A program made the position numbers and the translations under genes. Positions 24,601-31,449 of a stretch of DNA of 64,000 bases are shown piece by piece. How positions within the stretch are numbered: the first letter of the stretch is position 1; each line of letters starts with the position of its first letter. The notes beneath the pieces were generated by a model, which had not been told where the DNA came from, ran no database searches, and was given only the letters and a program-made list of their open reading frames with translations. The stretch is from NCBI GenBank assembly GCA_023382455.1, contig JAHDVX010000009.1:16701-80700 (forward strand). The letters run 5' to 3'. Origin of the DNA: Flavobacteriales bacterium. GTDB lineage: Bacteria; Bacteroidota; Bacteroidia; Flavobacteriales_F; PHOS-HE28.

Positions 24601-24995
24601 CGGAGGCTGTCCCCGGCGGGGATCACATCGAACTCGAACTTGCAGGCATCGCGCGTTTCCCGGCCCGTTACCGTGTTCAGCAGGGTGTTGCCTGGGCGGC
24701 CTTGGCTGAAGGTCTTGTCCTCCACATCATTCGGGCCCACGGCATTGCTGATGGTGCCGGAGGTGAGCAGGATACCCTCGTCGATGCCCAGCAGGCTGCC
24801 GCTGTACTGGAATTCACCGAAGCCGTCGTCATGGCAATCCACTTGCGGGTTGGCAATGACCACGCCCGGGCCCGTGATGGCGCGGGCCAGCTGGATGAGG
24901 TCGGTCTGGGGGGAAACCGCCAGTTGGGCGAAGGTGAGGGAAGCAGCTAGGGCCAAGGCACCCGTGACGGCCGTGCGGATGAAGTTGCTGCTCAT
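15606..24995 (-). CDS. giant SprB-repeat cell-surface adhesin with a T9SS type-B C-terminal domain (3129 aa)
   Basis: The signal peptide is MSSNFIRTAVTGALALAASLTFAQ. There is an N-terminal choice-of-anchor-L-like domain (FDFVFASEEYNEW...VFGFFISGPG) and a Calx-beta-like segment. About 32 tandem ~75-aa SprB repeats follow (C.G..DGSI...V.GGT.PY.Y.W.GP.GFTA.TEDI..L.AG.Y.VTVTDANGC). The C-terminal type-B CTD is ...PTGFTPNGDGDNDFFVVQGIEAFPEN...NRWGNVVY. The ORF track starts 58 codons upstream at an alternative start. Confidence 0.85.
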   Translation of the reverse strand: MSSNFIRTAVTGALALAASLTFAQLAVSPQTDLIQLARAITGPGVVIANPQVDCHDDGFGEFQYSGSLLGIDEGILLTSGTISNAVGPNDVEDKTFSQGRPGNTLLNTVTGRETRDACKFEFDVIPAGDSLRFDFVFASEEYNEWVGSQYNDVFGFFISGPGITGDPGIGNDKNIALVPGTNQAVTINNVNNGSNASFYFDNAGGQYVQYDGFTTGLSAISQVQPCETYHLKLVVADASDRKYDSGVFIAKVESNPVTLEVITQNGSDSLIEGCNNGLIRFTRQTVTNQPLTLEYYLHGTAINGTDYTAIGDVNPSVPKTIIIPANQASADQAIQLVADNTPDSPETILVILGNPDCPGTVLDTLVIPVVDSLHATVSPVMSNICIGGQMDLLATGGAQYAWSPAAGLSATNIPGPSASPSITTTYTVNITHGACSAILQSTVNVSNITGTASITPPLCAGAANGAINLSVAGGIPPYAFLWSGPGGFTASTEDIASIAAGTYTVTITDAACSKTMSFNVGQPAPLSVSLAPSLLIFGQNISCHGGNDGSIDATITGGTSPYGASWTGPGGFISNAVDIGNLIAGTYNVTITDANGCTATAGITMTESAPMAAEITDTTHVACANDQDGSATVTVTGGMPIYTYSWSTVPVQGTATATSLNPGSYTVTATDQYGCTVSSTVTIEGPTVPLTVQLAAKTNVSCHGAANGSATISVSGGTPGYTVAWNTNPVQNGLTASGLAGGTYAATVTDANGCTATLQMVIQEPALALSLSIAAQENVACHGEPTGLATVQASGGTGPYGYSWNTVPVQNGATASGLPAGTYTATATDIHGCTATQTVVITAPTAALTASIGSFGNVTCAGEQNGTATVNVSGGTAPYTFQWNTTPAQLGSTATALPPGTWEVLVTDELACSTTASVTITEPSPLAVSGVVEPAQCQGAADGAVDASVSGGTSPYTYAWNGPGGFTATTEDIAGVPTGGYSLTVTDALGCSSTTSFDINQPGLFTVSSTVSIFGNANVSCPASTNGSIDLTVTGAMPPYSFSWTGPGGFTSVQEDPTGLAAGSYQVSITDDNGCSTGHDVILSAPPAISAQLTLGVHGNTSVSCFGGNDGSINTAISGGNAPYTTSWSGPNGFISAAEDLMGLEAGSYQLSITDANGCSTTQTAVLTAPNALAATPAGSTPVSCHGSSNGQATMQAAGGTAPYTYAWATVPPQFAATATGLPAGTYGVTVTDANGCTASTSVTVAGPSAPLSVSFPSITHVLCHGGQTGAATAQATGGTAPYTWAWNTVPVNTDATASGLTAGTWSVTVTDANGCTATGSVVITQPQQPITATVSNTQPVTCFGDDDGSGSIQVAGGSGNYNIVWNTVPVQTGSTINGLAPGTYTATITDANGCAQALQYTHTIGGPSAPVNIALAPFTYPGGAHVSCPGNSDGSIEVTVTGGTPTYQYHWQDGFGNIFTTEDPSGLAAGTYHLIVGDGHGCFTDTSITLVAPVPMMATATVQSAICHGESNGSIDLTVANGVAPFTYHWSGPDGFTASTADLSQLAAGVYTITITDANNCHLVQPFDVTEPGMFTFNAVQSEVSCSNSHNGSIQVTASGGTPPYWYSWIGPNGFTATTADISGLAPGSYHLTLTDGNGCSALYSTTLAPPAPLTAFVISVKNHGGYDISCAGGADGQIITQFDGGTPPYTFSWTGPNGFTASTADIDYLAAGTYTLTITDANGCTVTSSTTLMEPPPISATAVAQTFAGGAGISCNGSTDGAITLTPAGGAPPYTVVWTGPGGFTSGAWQLTGLAAGTYTATVADGNGCSTSVSATLTAPAPISLATSGTDLLCNGGSDGAVDLQVSGGTAPYAFQWYGPGVFTATTEDLSGTIAGSYTVTVTDANGCTATYAETLAQPTAIELTAAITTAACQGANTGAIDLAVTGGTGPYTYAWTGFPAFSATTEDISSLLAGVYTVTVTDAAGCTSTQAYNVGQPGLFQITAVLSTLAGGYHVSCADAMDGSIDATVSGGTAPYSYFWNGPNGFTSISLDLNGLAAGTYSLTVHDANGCNATQSFTLVAPSPLQVGLVATSQPACAGGQEGSIDAFITGGNAPYTISWTGPDGPLGISPNLTDVGAGTYVAQITDALGCSTSASITLNNPIGLDVQTTAMEHPNGYHVSCADAADGSIDLVISGGTAPYQVNWTGPNGFQANQEDIANLMAGTYTVSITDANGCNAAAQVVLSAPSPLASTITTSVFSNGHAVSCAGAADGTITLAVSGGSPGYTVTWSGPGGFNSQQTSLQGLAPGTYNVTIIDVAGCAAYNSVTLTAPLPITTTAVLSDHGGYEVGCNGQDGSIDLSVAGGLAPYQFNWNGPNGFASSNEDIVNLAVGTYTVQITDANNCTTSRSFTLTAPDNLQASLAVTNNACDTSSNAAIDLTISGGVAPFTILWTGPGGFTSSDEDIASLASGVYAVTVTSATGCTANAQATVIPAAPITLDLYASQYGAVNIACHGASTGTIELTVTGGHAPLDIAWVGPGGFLANTANINGLAAGTYQATITDSQSCVRDTSITLTEPDSILSAAISTADLLCHGAMNGSASAVVSGGSAPYTFDWRGPDSTHYSTQDITGIGAGAYELVVVDANQCTYTVQATIGQPDSLLTVALSLAEYGGGNTTCADSNDGAITTLAAGGTPGYTYSWTGPNGFSSAQDSISGLAPGVYAITVTDANGCSISDSATVVPAPPVTLSINAITYPGGTMISCFGASDGAIMAAISGGHAPYTHTWTGPGGYSSSDLSPFALAAGTYYLAVVDSNGCSVQDSITLIGPDELTVGTIATHASCGLDNGAIDASITGGSPAFTTVWDNGAQTEDLANLAPGTYTITVNDANDCSATATATITGSPAVETSSAVSNPLCHGSADGSIDLTVSAGTAPFTFLWSTGATDEDLQGLAGGIYSVTVTDANGCTSQQAITVDAPAELVADTVVSQYASGHNVSTWNGNDGSIELNVTGGTPPYSYAWNDGSGDADRHGLHAGTYTVTVTDANGCTLELTIILTEPDDIRMPTGFTPNGDGDNDFFVVQGIEAFPENQITVFNRWGNVVYDQLRYSNQWGGENQQGQQLPNGTYFVVLRLNAEQTLQNYVDLRR
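15900..23657 (-). repeat. intragenic tandem array of ~225-bp SprB-domain-encoding repeats (~32 copies, divergent)
   Basis: Periodic recurrence of the PY.Y.W...TVTDANGC motifs in translation. The boundaries are approximate. Confidence 0.7.
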
Positions 24996-25351
24996 TGGCC
25001 TCGCACGATTTCGCATGCGGCCTCGGCGGCATGCAGGGTGATCTCTTCCGGTTCGATCCGCTGCGGGGCGATGATCGCGGCCAAAGTGCTGGCCACCTGG
25101 TCGCGCAAGGCTTGCCGCGAAACGGTCCCGTCCTGGGTGGCGAACACCACCAGCCCGGCGGGCACGCACGCGTAGATCATGCGCATGTCGCCCGAGGCCC
25201 GGGCACTCGCGGCCAAGGAGTCACGTTCGGCGCTGGTGAGCGCGGTGATGCGCAGGCCCATGGACTCTTGGGCGAGCAGGGGCCGATGGGAGATGCATGT
25301 GAGAAGCAAGGCCAGGGATATGGCACGGAGCACTACAGCTGTTCTAGCCAT
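24992..25351 (-). CDS. small secreted hypothetical protein (118 aa), translationally coupled to the adhesin gene
   Basis: The signal peptide is MARTAVVLRAISLALLLTCISHRPLLAQ. Its TGA stop overlaps the adhesin ATG (ATGA). No family is recognised. Confidence 0.5.
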   Translation of the reverse strand: MARTAVVLRAISLALLLTCISHRPLLAQESMGLRITALTSAERDSLAASARASGDMRMIYACVPAGLVVFATQDGTVSRQALRDQVASTLAAIIAPQRIEPEEITLHAAEAACEIVRGQ

Positions 25352-25478
25352 GGGAAGATGGGGACTTCGTGGATTGAATGGGGAGCGTATGGCTGTCTAA
25401 CGGCCATTGTACCCGACGGAACCCCTGAAGGTTTCGACGGATCCGGGCCGGGCACAGGCCAAGTCCAAGGTGCGTTGA

Positions 25479-26276
25479 TCAGCGGACCCCTTGCCCGGGG
25501 TCGGTCGGGCGCCGTTGGCGCAGCGCCTCATGTAGCGCCACGCCGGCTGCCACACCGACGTTCAGGGAGCCGATCCGGCCACCCATGCGGATACGGGCCA
25601 AGGCATCCGCCTTGCGGAGTATGGCGGGCGAGATGCCGGTATCCTCGGCCCCGAGCACCAGCACCACCGGCCCGCGCAGGTCGCAGTCCTCGATCAGGGT
25701 GTCCGCCTTTTCCGTCACCGCCACCACGCGCAGACCGTTGGCCTGTGCGCTTTCCAAGGCGGCCGGGAGCCTGTCCACGCGGCAAACGGGCTTGCGCAGC
25801 AAGGCTCCTGCGCTGCTTTTCACGGCATCGCTCCCCAGGCGCGCGGTGCCGGTTTTCGGCACCACCAGGCCATGGGCGGCAAAGCACTCGGCACTGCGGG
25901 CGATGGCCCCGATGTTCCGCACGTCGGTCACGCCGTCCAAGGCCACCAGGAACGGATCCTCACCCTGCTGGTACAATTGGGCGATCAGGCCATCGAGGTC
26001 CTGCATTGCCACGGGGCTGATGAAGGCGATCACGCCCTGGTGTTCGGTCCGTGTAAGGCGGTCCAGTTTTTCCGATGGAACGGGCTGCCAGGGTACACCA
26101 AGCTCCTGGGCCAGCTGTTTCACCTCCCGGACGGCCTCGCCGCCGGCATCGCGCCGCAGCAGGAGTTTCTCCACATGCAGCCCGCCGCGCAGCGCCTCGA
26201 TCACCGGGCGTGTGCCGCAGATCAGTTCGTCCTTCGCCACCCGTGGGCGGTCCCGTTGTGGGCCGTGTCGTTGCAT
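25479..26276 (-). CDS. rlmB: 23S rRNA (guanosine-2'-O)-methyltransferase, SpoU/TrmH family (RlmB-like)
   Basis: An N-terminal SpoU_sub_bind-like region and a SPOUT domain with LVLGAEDTGIS... Confidence 0.8.
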   Translation of the reverse strand: MQRHGPQRDRPRVAKDELICGTRPVIEALRGGLHVEKLLLRRDAGGEAVREVKQLAQELGVPWQPVPSEKLDRLTRTEHQGVIAFISPVAMQDLDGLIAQLYQQGEDPFLVALDGVTDVRNIGAIARSAECFAAHGLVVPKTGTARLGSDAVKSSAGALLRKPVCRVDRLPAALESAQANGLRVVAVTEKADTLIEDCDLRGPVVLVLGAEDTGISPAILRKADALARIRMGGRIGSLNVGVAAGVALHEALRQRRPTDPGQGVR

Positions 26277-26286
26277 GTTCTGGGGT

Positions 26287-27558
26287 TCAGTAGGGCAGGA
26301 TCCGTCCGTTGCGCCAGCTCTCCACGTTGCGGTACCAGGCGCTTTTCAGCTGCGGGTCGCGGCGAAGCATGAGGTCGTTGTTGCTGAAGGGCTCCTCGCG
26401 CCGCACGAAGGTGAACACCAGGCTCATCAGGTTCGATTCATCCCCGTAGGTCCAGCTTTCCCCCTCGGCGGATTTCCGGATGGTGGTGGGCGTGCCGAAG
26501 ATGATGTGGACCAGTCCGCGGTCGGTTCGCCAGCCTTCGGTGTAGCTGGTGAAGTGGCGGTTGGCGCTTTCCACCCTGCCGTAATACGCGGCGATGGCCT
26601 CGCGGGCGCGGTCACGGCTGCCTGCCGCATCGGTCCAGAATCGTTCCACCTGCTTCCGGGGGTCAGGGGCAGCGGCGATCTCCTCCCACTCCTTGTTGCT
26701 GGTGATGTAGCGTAGTGGGGCCACCATGTCCTCCGCGGTTTGGATGGTGGGGTAGGCCGGCCCATGCACGTACAGGGTGAAGCCGTTGGTGGAAGCCGTA
26801 TCCGCACGGAAGTGGTAGAAACCGCTGTTCCCGGCGGTGAACGGGAAGGTGCCGTCCGCGCCCACCATCACGGAGAAGCTGCTGTCCGGTGGCCCGCCCA
26901 GCGCCGGCGGCTGGGCCTGGGTGAAGACGGGTGCCGGCAGTTGCTCCACGGCCGCGAAGTGGTCCACGGTCAGCACGGTTTGGGCGTGCCGTTCAGCCTG
27001 CACGTTGATCCGCGTGCCGGGCGCCACATGGTCGTCGAACAGGGGCAGGTTGTCCGGGCGCAGCGGCAGGAAGTCCCGGGCACCGCTGGCCTTGGCGCGA
27101 TCCATGCGCAGGAGCACGGTGCTTTGCACGTCGCGGTTCAGGTCGTGCGCGGTGATCCGTAGGATGAACGGCTCATCGCGTGTCAGCTTCAGTGGCATGC
27201 TCCCGATCAGCTCCTTGTCCTCCGTGGGGGTCAAGGCCTGGTCCCGGATGGACGTGCTGGCGCTGTCCAGCAACTGCCTCGATCCGGGTTCCGGGAAGGC
27301 CTCATAGCGCATCTGCACGCGCGCGTAGTAGGGTCCGCCTCCGCCGCTGCCCTTGTACAGCAGGTCGGCGGTGCGCAGCTTGAAATAGATCACGGCCTGG
27401 CCATCGGCGGGCTGGTAAACGCGTGCGTCGAGCCGCACGTCCGTGGCTCCCTTGCCGTAGAGGTAGGCGAAGTTGTCACCCGTGGCCACGGGGGCTTGTG
27501 ATCCGCAACCGGCCAGCAGGGCCGCGGCGGAAACCAAGGGAAGGATCTGGCGGATCAT
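26287..27558 (-). CDS. GWxTD domain-containing lipoprotein
   Basis: Lipoprotein signal (LLAGCGS). The C-terminal GWRTDRGLVHIIFGTP matches the GWxTD motif typical of Bacteroidota. Confidence 0.7.
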   Translation of the reverse strand: MIRQILPLVSAAALLAGCGSQAPVATGDNFAYLYGKGATDVRLDARVYQPADGQAVIYFKLRTADLLYKGSGGGGPYYARVQMRYEAFPEPGSRQLLDSASTSIRDQALTPTEDKELIGSMPLKLTRDEPFILRITAHDLNRDVQSTVLLRMDRAKASGARDFLPLRPDNLPLFDDHVAPGTRINVQAERHAQTVLTVDHFAAVEQLPAPVFTQAQPPALGGPPDSSFSVMVGADGTFPFTAGNSGFYHFRADTASTNGFTLYVHGPAYPTIQTAEDMVAPLRYITSNKEWEEIAAAPDPRKQVERFWTDAAGSRDRAREAIAAYYGRVESANRHFTSYTEGWRTDRGLVHIIFGTPTTIRKSAEGESWTYGDESNLMSLVFTFVRREEPFSNNDLMLRRDPQLKSAWYRNVESWRNGRILPY

Positions 27559-28874
27559 GTTTCGTGTGCTTCGTCGTTGGCCCGGTCCAGCAGCTTGGCA
27601 TGAAGGCTCTTGTTGGTCTTGGCCCCCAGCTCCTTCAGCATCTCTACCTGCCGCACCAGGCTGCCCCGGCCTCCGCTCAGCTTGCCGAGGGCCTTCTCGT
27701 AGCTGTCCCGTGCCTCGTTCACGTGCTTGCCGATCCGCCCCAGGTCCTCGGTGAAGCCCACGAACTTTTCATAGAGCAGCCCGGCCCGCTCGGCGATCTC
27801 CAGGTGGTTGCGTGCGATGCGTTCGTTCTTCCACAGCCCGTGTATGGTGCGGAGGGTGGCCATCAGGGTGCTGTGCGTCACCATCACCACCTGCCGGTCA
27901 TAGGCTTCCTGGAAGATCTCCGGGCGTTCGCGCAAGGCCAGCAGGAAGGCCGGCTCGATGGGGACGAACATGAGCACGAAGTCCACGCTTTGCAGGCCGT
28001 AGAGCTTGGTATAGTTCTTTTCCCCGAGGCCCTTCGCATGGATGCGCATGCTCTCCACATGCAGGCGCAGGAAACGCGCGCGGGCGTCGTCCTCCGTCGT
28101 ATTGCAGTATTGCTCATAATGCAGCAGCGACACCTTGGAGTCAATGATCAGGTGCTTGTCTTCCGGCAGGTTGACCACCGCATCGGGGCGCAGCCGCGTC
28201 CCGTCCGCCTGGGTGGTGCTTTCCTGCATGCTGTATTCCTGGCCTTTCTGCAGCCCTGCGTCCTCCAGCAGTTTTTCCAGGATCATCTCGCCCCAGGCCC
28301 CTTGGCTCTGGGTATCGCCCTTGAGCGCCTTGGTCAGGTTGGTGGCATCCTGGCTCAGGCGCTGGTTCTGTTCCACCAGCTTGGCCACCTCGTTCTTCAG
28401 CAGGAAGCGCTCTTTACCCTCCTTGTCATAGGCCTGGCGCACCTGTTCCTGGAATTCCTTGATCCGGTCCTTGAAGGGGTCAAGCAAGGTTTTCAGTGTT
28501 CCTTCCTGGCGTTCCGCGAGCTGTTTGCCCTTCTCTTCCATCAAGGTGGCTGCAATCAGCTTGAATTCCTTGGTCATCCGCTCGTTCAACTGCTCCAATT
28601 GGGCCTGCTGGGTCTGAAGCTTCTCCTGGAGGCCTTCGTTGCGCTGGCGTTCTTTTTCCAGCTGGCCCTTTGAATCGCCCAGTTCACGGTGCAGGTCGGC
28701 CGTTTGGCGGTCGCGTTGGTGAAGCTGTTCCATCAGGTCCTGCCGGCCGGCCTCATGGGCCTCACGCAAGGCCCGCGCCGCATCGGCATTCCGTCCGCGT
28801 TGCCAAAAAGCCATGGCGACCATCCCGGCGATCACTCCGGCCAAGAGGCCCAACAGTAAGCTCATCCAAGCCAT
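27555..28874 (-). CDS. rmuC: DNA recombination protein RmuC
   Basis: An N-terminal TM segment, a long coiled-coil, and the RmuC C-terminal nuclease-like region (VDFVLMFVP..., MVTHSTLMATLRT). Confidence 0.85.
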   Translation of the reverse strand: MAWMSLLLGLLAGVIAGMVAMAFWQRGRNADAARALREAHEAGRQDLMEQLHQRDRQTADLHRELGDSKGQLEKERQRNEGLQEKLQTQQAQLEQLNERMTKEFKLIAATLMEEKGKQLAERQEGTLKTLLDPFKDRIKEFQEQVRQAYDKEGKERFLLKNEVAKLVEQNQRLSQDATNLTKALKGDTQSQGAWGEMILEKLLEDAGLQKGQEYSMQESTTQADGTRLRPDAVVNLPEDKHLIIDSKVSLLHYEQYCNTTEDDARARFLRLHVESMRIHAKGLGEKNYTKLYGLQSVDFVLMFVPIEPAFLLALRERPEIFQEAYDRQVVMVTHSTLMATLRTIHGLWKNERIARNHLEIAERAGLLYEKFVGFTEDLGRIGKHVNEARDSYEKALGKLSGGRGSLVRQVEMLKELGAKTNKSLHAKLLDRANDEAHET

Positions 28875-29002
28875 GCGGCTAAGGTAGCTTCGCCGGGCTG
28901 CGGGATCGAATGCGGCAAGCGATCAGCCCCGGAAAGCCGTACCGGACGGATTCCCCGGGCACGTGTTCGGGCAGGCATGCCGCCATCGGCGGCGCGATGC
29001 CT

Positions 29003-29644
29003 TCAGTTGTCCAGGATCACCACCAGTGTTCCTACGGGAATTTGATCGTAGAGCCTGATCACATCGCGGTTGCGCATGCGGATGCACCCGTGGGAGCTGG
29101 GCGTGCCCAGCGAGGCCTCGTCCGCCGTGCCGTGGATGTAGATGCCGCGCTCCATGCTATCCACGTCGCCACCTTCGTTCACACCGGGCTCCAGGCCGTC
29201 CAGCCAGAGGATCCGCGAGGTGATCAGGTCCCCACCGCCACTGTCCGGCGCCGCCACATCCCCGGTGAACCGCCGGGCCTTGAAGATGCCGAACGCGGGC
29301 ACGCCATCACCGAGCTTCCGCACCACGCGGTGCAAGCCTTCCGGCGTCCGCATGCTGTTGCGCGCCGCCCCGAGGCCGTTGCGTGCCGTGGAGATCACGT
29401 ATTCCGACCACATCCCGCCTTCCACGACAAGGTACATCCGTTGGCTTTGAACGGACACGTACAGCACATAGCCCTCCGAGGGTGCCGAAGGATATTTCGC
29501 GCGCATCCATTCGATCAGGAAGTCGGCGAGCACCTGCTTGCGCGCCGGGCCGGCCATGGCCAGGTCGGCATCCTGTGCGCGGAGCGCGGTGGCCGCCAGC
29601 ATGAAACCCGCCAGGAGAAATGGCTTCATCAAGGGGGTGCGCAT
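29003..29644 (-). CDS. L,D-transpeptidase (YkuD domain) secreted protein
   Basis: Signal peptide MRTPLMKPFLLAGFMLAATALRAQ and the catalytic motif IYIHGT...SHGCIRM. The ORF track starts 96 codons upstream at a GTG. Confidence 0.75.
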   Translation of the reverse strand: MRTPLMKPFLLAGFMLAATALRAQDADLAMAGPARKQVLADFLIEWMRAKYPSAPSEGYVLYVSVQSQRMYLVVEGGMWSEYVISTARNGLGAARNSMRTPEGLHRVVRKLGDGVPAFGIFKARRFTGDVAAPDSGGGDLITSRILWLDGLEPGVNEGGDVDSMERGIYIHGTADEASLGTPSSHGCIRMRNRDVIRLYDQIPVGTLVVILDN

Positions 29645-29751
29645 GATGCCCGGGACGTGTCGGTGTTGCACAGGCGAAGTTGGCCGTTGCACGTGTCGGG
29701 CGCTGCAAGGACCGGTGGGGAGTTTTCCCGGCCCGCGTGTGGACGCCGCCT

Positions 29752-31449
29752 TCAGAACAGGCTGGTGAACCCGAAATGGACCTTGCCGTTGCGCAACTCC
29801 ACGGGATTGTCGAATTGCCGGCCCAGGGCGTAACTCAGGGAGAAAATGCCGGCCTTGGTCTCGAAGCTGGTGCCCGCGCCGAAGCCGATCGGAGTGTCCG
29901 TCAGGAGGTCGGTGCGGCTCTGGTCCTCCCACCAGCCCTGGTCCACGAAGAGGAAAAGGTTGCTGTTCTCCTCGAACAGGAAGCGGTACTCCACGGTGCC
30001 GATGGCGTAGCTGGAGCAGTAGATGGAGGCCTCGTCCACGCCGCGCTGGCTTTTCACCCCGCCGATCCGGTACAGTTCATTGGCGTGGAGCTCCTCGTTC
30101 ACCATGCTGCCGCCCTGTGCGGCCAGGCGCAAGGTGGCGCGCTTGCCCAAGGGGATGTGCCAGGCCAACTGCCCGTTCAGGTCCAGCTGCAGGCTGGTGT
30201 GCTGCGTGTCCACGGTGTCGGTCAGGCTGGCCGAGGAGGTGTGCTTGTTGCCGGCCGCCCCTTCCAGGTCCAGCGAAAGGCCTTTCCGCGGGTTGAAGAG
30301 GTAGTCGAAGCGTTCGCGCCGGACGCCGATGCCGTAGGAGGTGAGCCGGATATCCGCGGTTCCCGGCACGAAGGAGGAGAGTTGGCCCAGGCGCTTGCTG
30401 CTCTTGGAGTTGACGAACACGCGGAGCTTGTCGCCCAGTCCCAACGGGTATTCCAAGGCGGCCCGCGAGCTTACTTCCAGGAAGGAGGTGTCCCGCTTGA
30501 AGATCTTCAGTCCGAGGTCCGTGCCGAACGGGGTGTTGAAGAGGAAGGGCATGTTGAATCCGGCCTTCAGGTCCTGGGTGCGGTCCTGCAGGCTGCGCCA
30601 ATTCAGATGCACGGCCTCGCCGCGGTGCATGGCGTTGCGCAGCTTCAGGTCCAGGTCGCCAGTGAGCCTGACCCTGCCGTCCACAGGGTCCTGAGCGATG
30701 CCGATGATGCCGTTGAAGCTGCTCGCCGGCTTGGCGTCCAGGAAGAGGTAAAGCTTGGTGTGCTCCGGCGTGAACATCAGATAGGCGGGGTGCTTGGTGG
30801 CCACGAAGGGCAGCTCGCGGGCCCGGTCGTCCACGCGGCGCACCAGGGCCTCGTTGTACGCGTCGCCGGGCTTGATGCCGATCTGGGCTTGCAGGAACCT
30901 TGGGCTGATGCGGGCGCTGCCCTTCACCACCACGCTGTCCAGCGTCACGAACCTTCCCTTTTCCAGGTTGACGGCGGCATGGAGGCCGTCCGCATCCATG
31001 CGCAGACTGTCCAGGCCGGCCGTGGCGAAGGGGAATCCGTTGTTCTCACAGGCGGCCAGCAAGTTTTCCAGGAGCTGGGCCACCTGGCGGGGTGTCACGG
31101 GCCGGTCCGGGTAGAAACGTTCGCGGAAGCCGGTGGCGCTGGCAATTTCCTGCGGGAGGTTGCCGGCCGAGAGCCTGGCCCAACGGTATTGGTCGCCGAG
31201 GTGGAGGAAGCAGCGGGTGGTATCGTTGGCCGTGATGCAGCTGTCGAAAGATGCGGCCAGGTAGCCTTGCCCGACCATTACCCAGCGCAGTTCGGCGGTG
31301 CGCCTTTCCACCTCGGCGGAATCGAGCTTGAAGGGGCCGCGCCACTTGCGGGGGAGCTCCGTGCCGGCCTCCACGGCGAGCACGTGCTGCTGCGCCCCGG
31401 CATGGAAGGCGGACGCCAGCAGCAGGAGCAGCGCCAAGGCACGCCACAT
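29752..31449 (-). CDS. Omp85/BamA-family outer membrane protein (POTRA + surface antigen D15 beta-barrel)
   Basis: Signal peptide MWRALALLLLLASAFHAGAQ, a beta-barrel-type C-terminus ending ...HFGFTSLF, and a ~565-aa size. Its start overlaps the ung stop (ATGA). Confidence 0.65.
   Translation of the reverse strand: MWRALALLLLLASAFHAGAQQHVLAVEAGTELPRKWRGPFKLDSAEVERRTAELRWVMVGQGYLAASFDSCITANDTTRCFLHLGDQYRWARLSAGNLPQEIASATGFRERFYPDRPVTPRQVAQLLENLLAACENNGFPFATAGLDSLRMDADGLHAAVNLEKGRFVTLDSVVVKGSARISPRFLQAQIGIKPGDAYNEALVRRVDDRARELPFVATKHPAYLMFTPEHTKLYLFLDAKPASSFNGIIGIAQDPVDGRVRLTGDLDLKLRNAMHRGEAVHLNWRSLQDRTQDLKAGFNMPFLFNTPFGTDLGLKIFKRDTSFLEVSSRAALEYPLGLGDKLRVFVNSKSSKRLGQLSSFVPGTADIRLTSYGIGVRRERFDYLFNPRKGLSLDLEGAAGNKHTSSASLTDTVDTQHTSLQLDLNGQLAWHIPLGKRATLRLAAQGGSMVNEELHANELYRIGGVKSQRGVDEASIYCSSYAIGTVEYRFLFEENSNLFLFVDQGWWEDQSRTDLLTDTPIGFGAGTSFETKAGIFSLSYALGRQFDNPVELRNGKVHFGFTSLF

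Noticed and set aside
25169-25169. Extended N-terminus of the adhesin ORF (58 extra codons, MRARRAGGVR…)
   Set aside because: It is Arg-rich and not signal-peptide-like. The internal ATG at 24995 yields a canonical signal peptide and coincides with the upstream gene's stop (ATGA)
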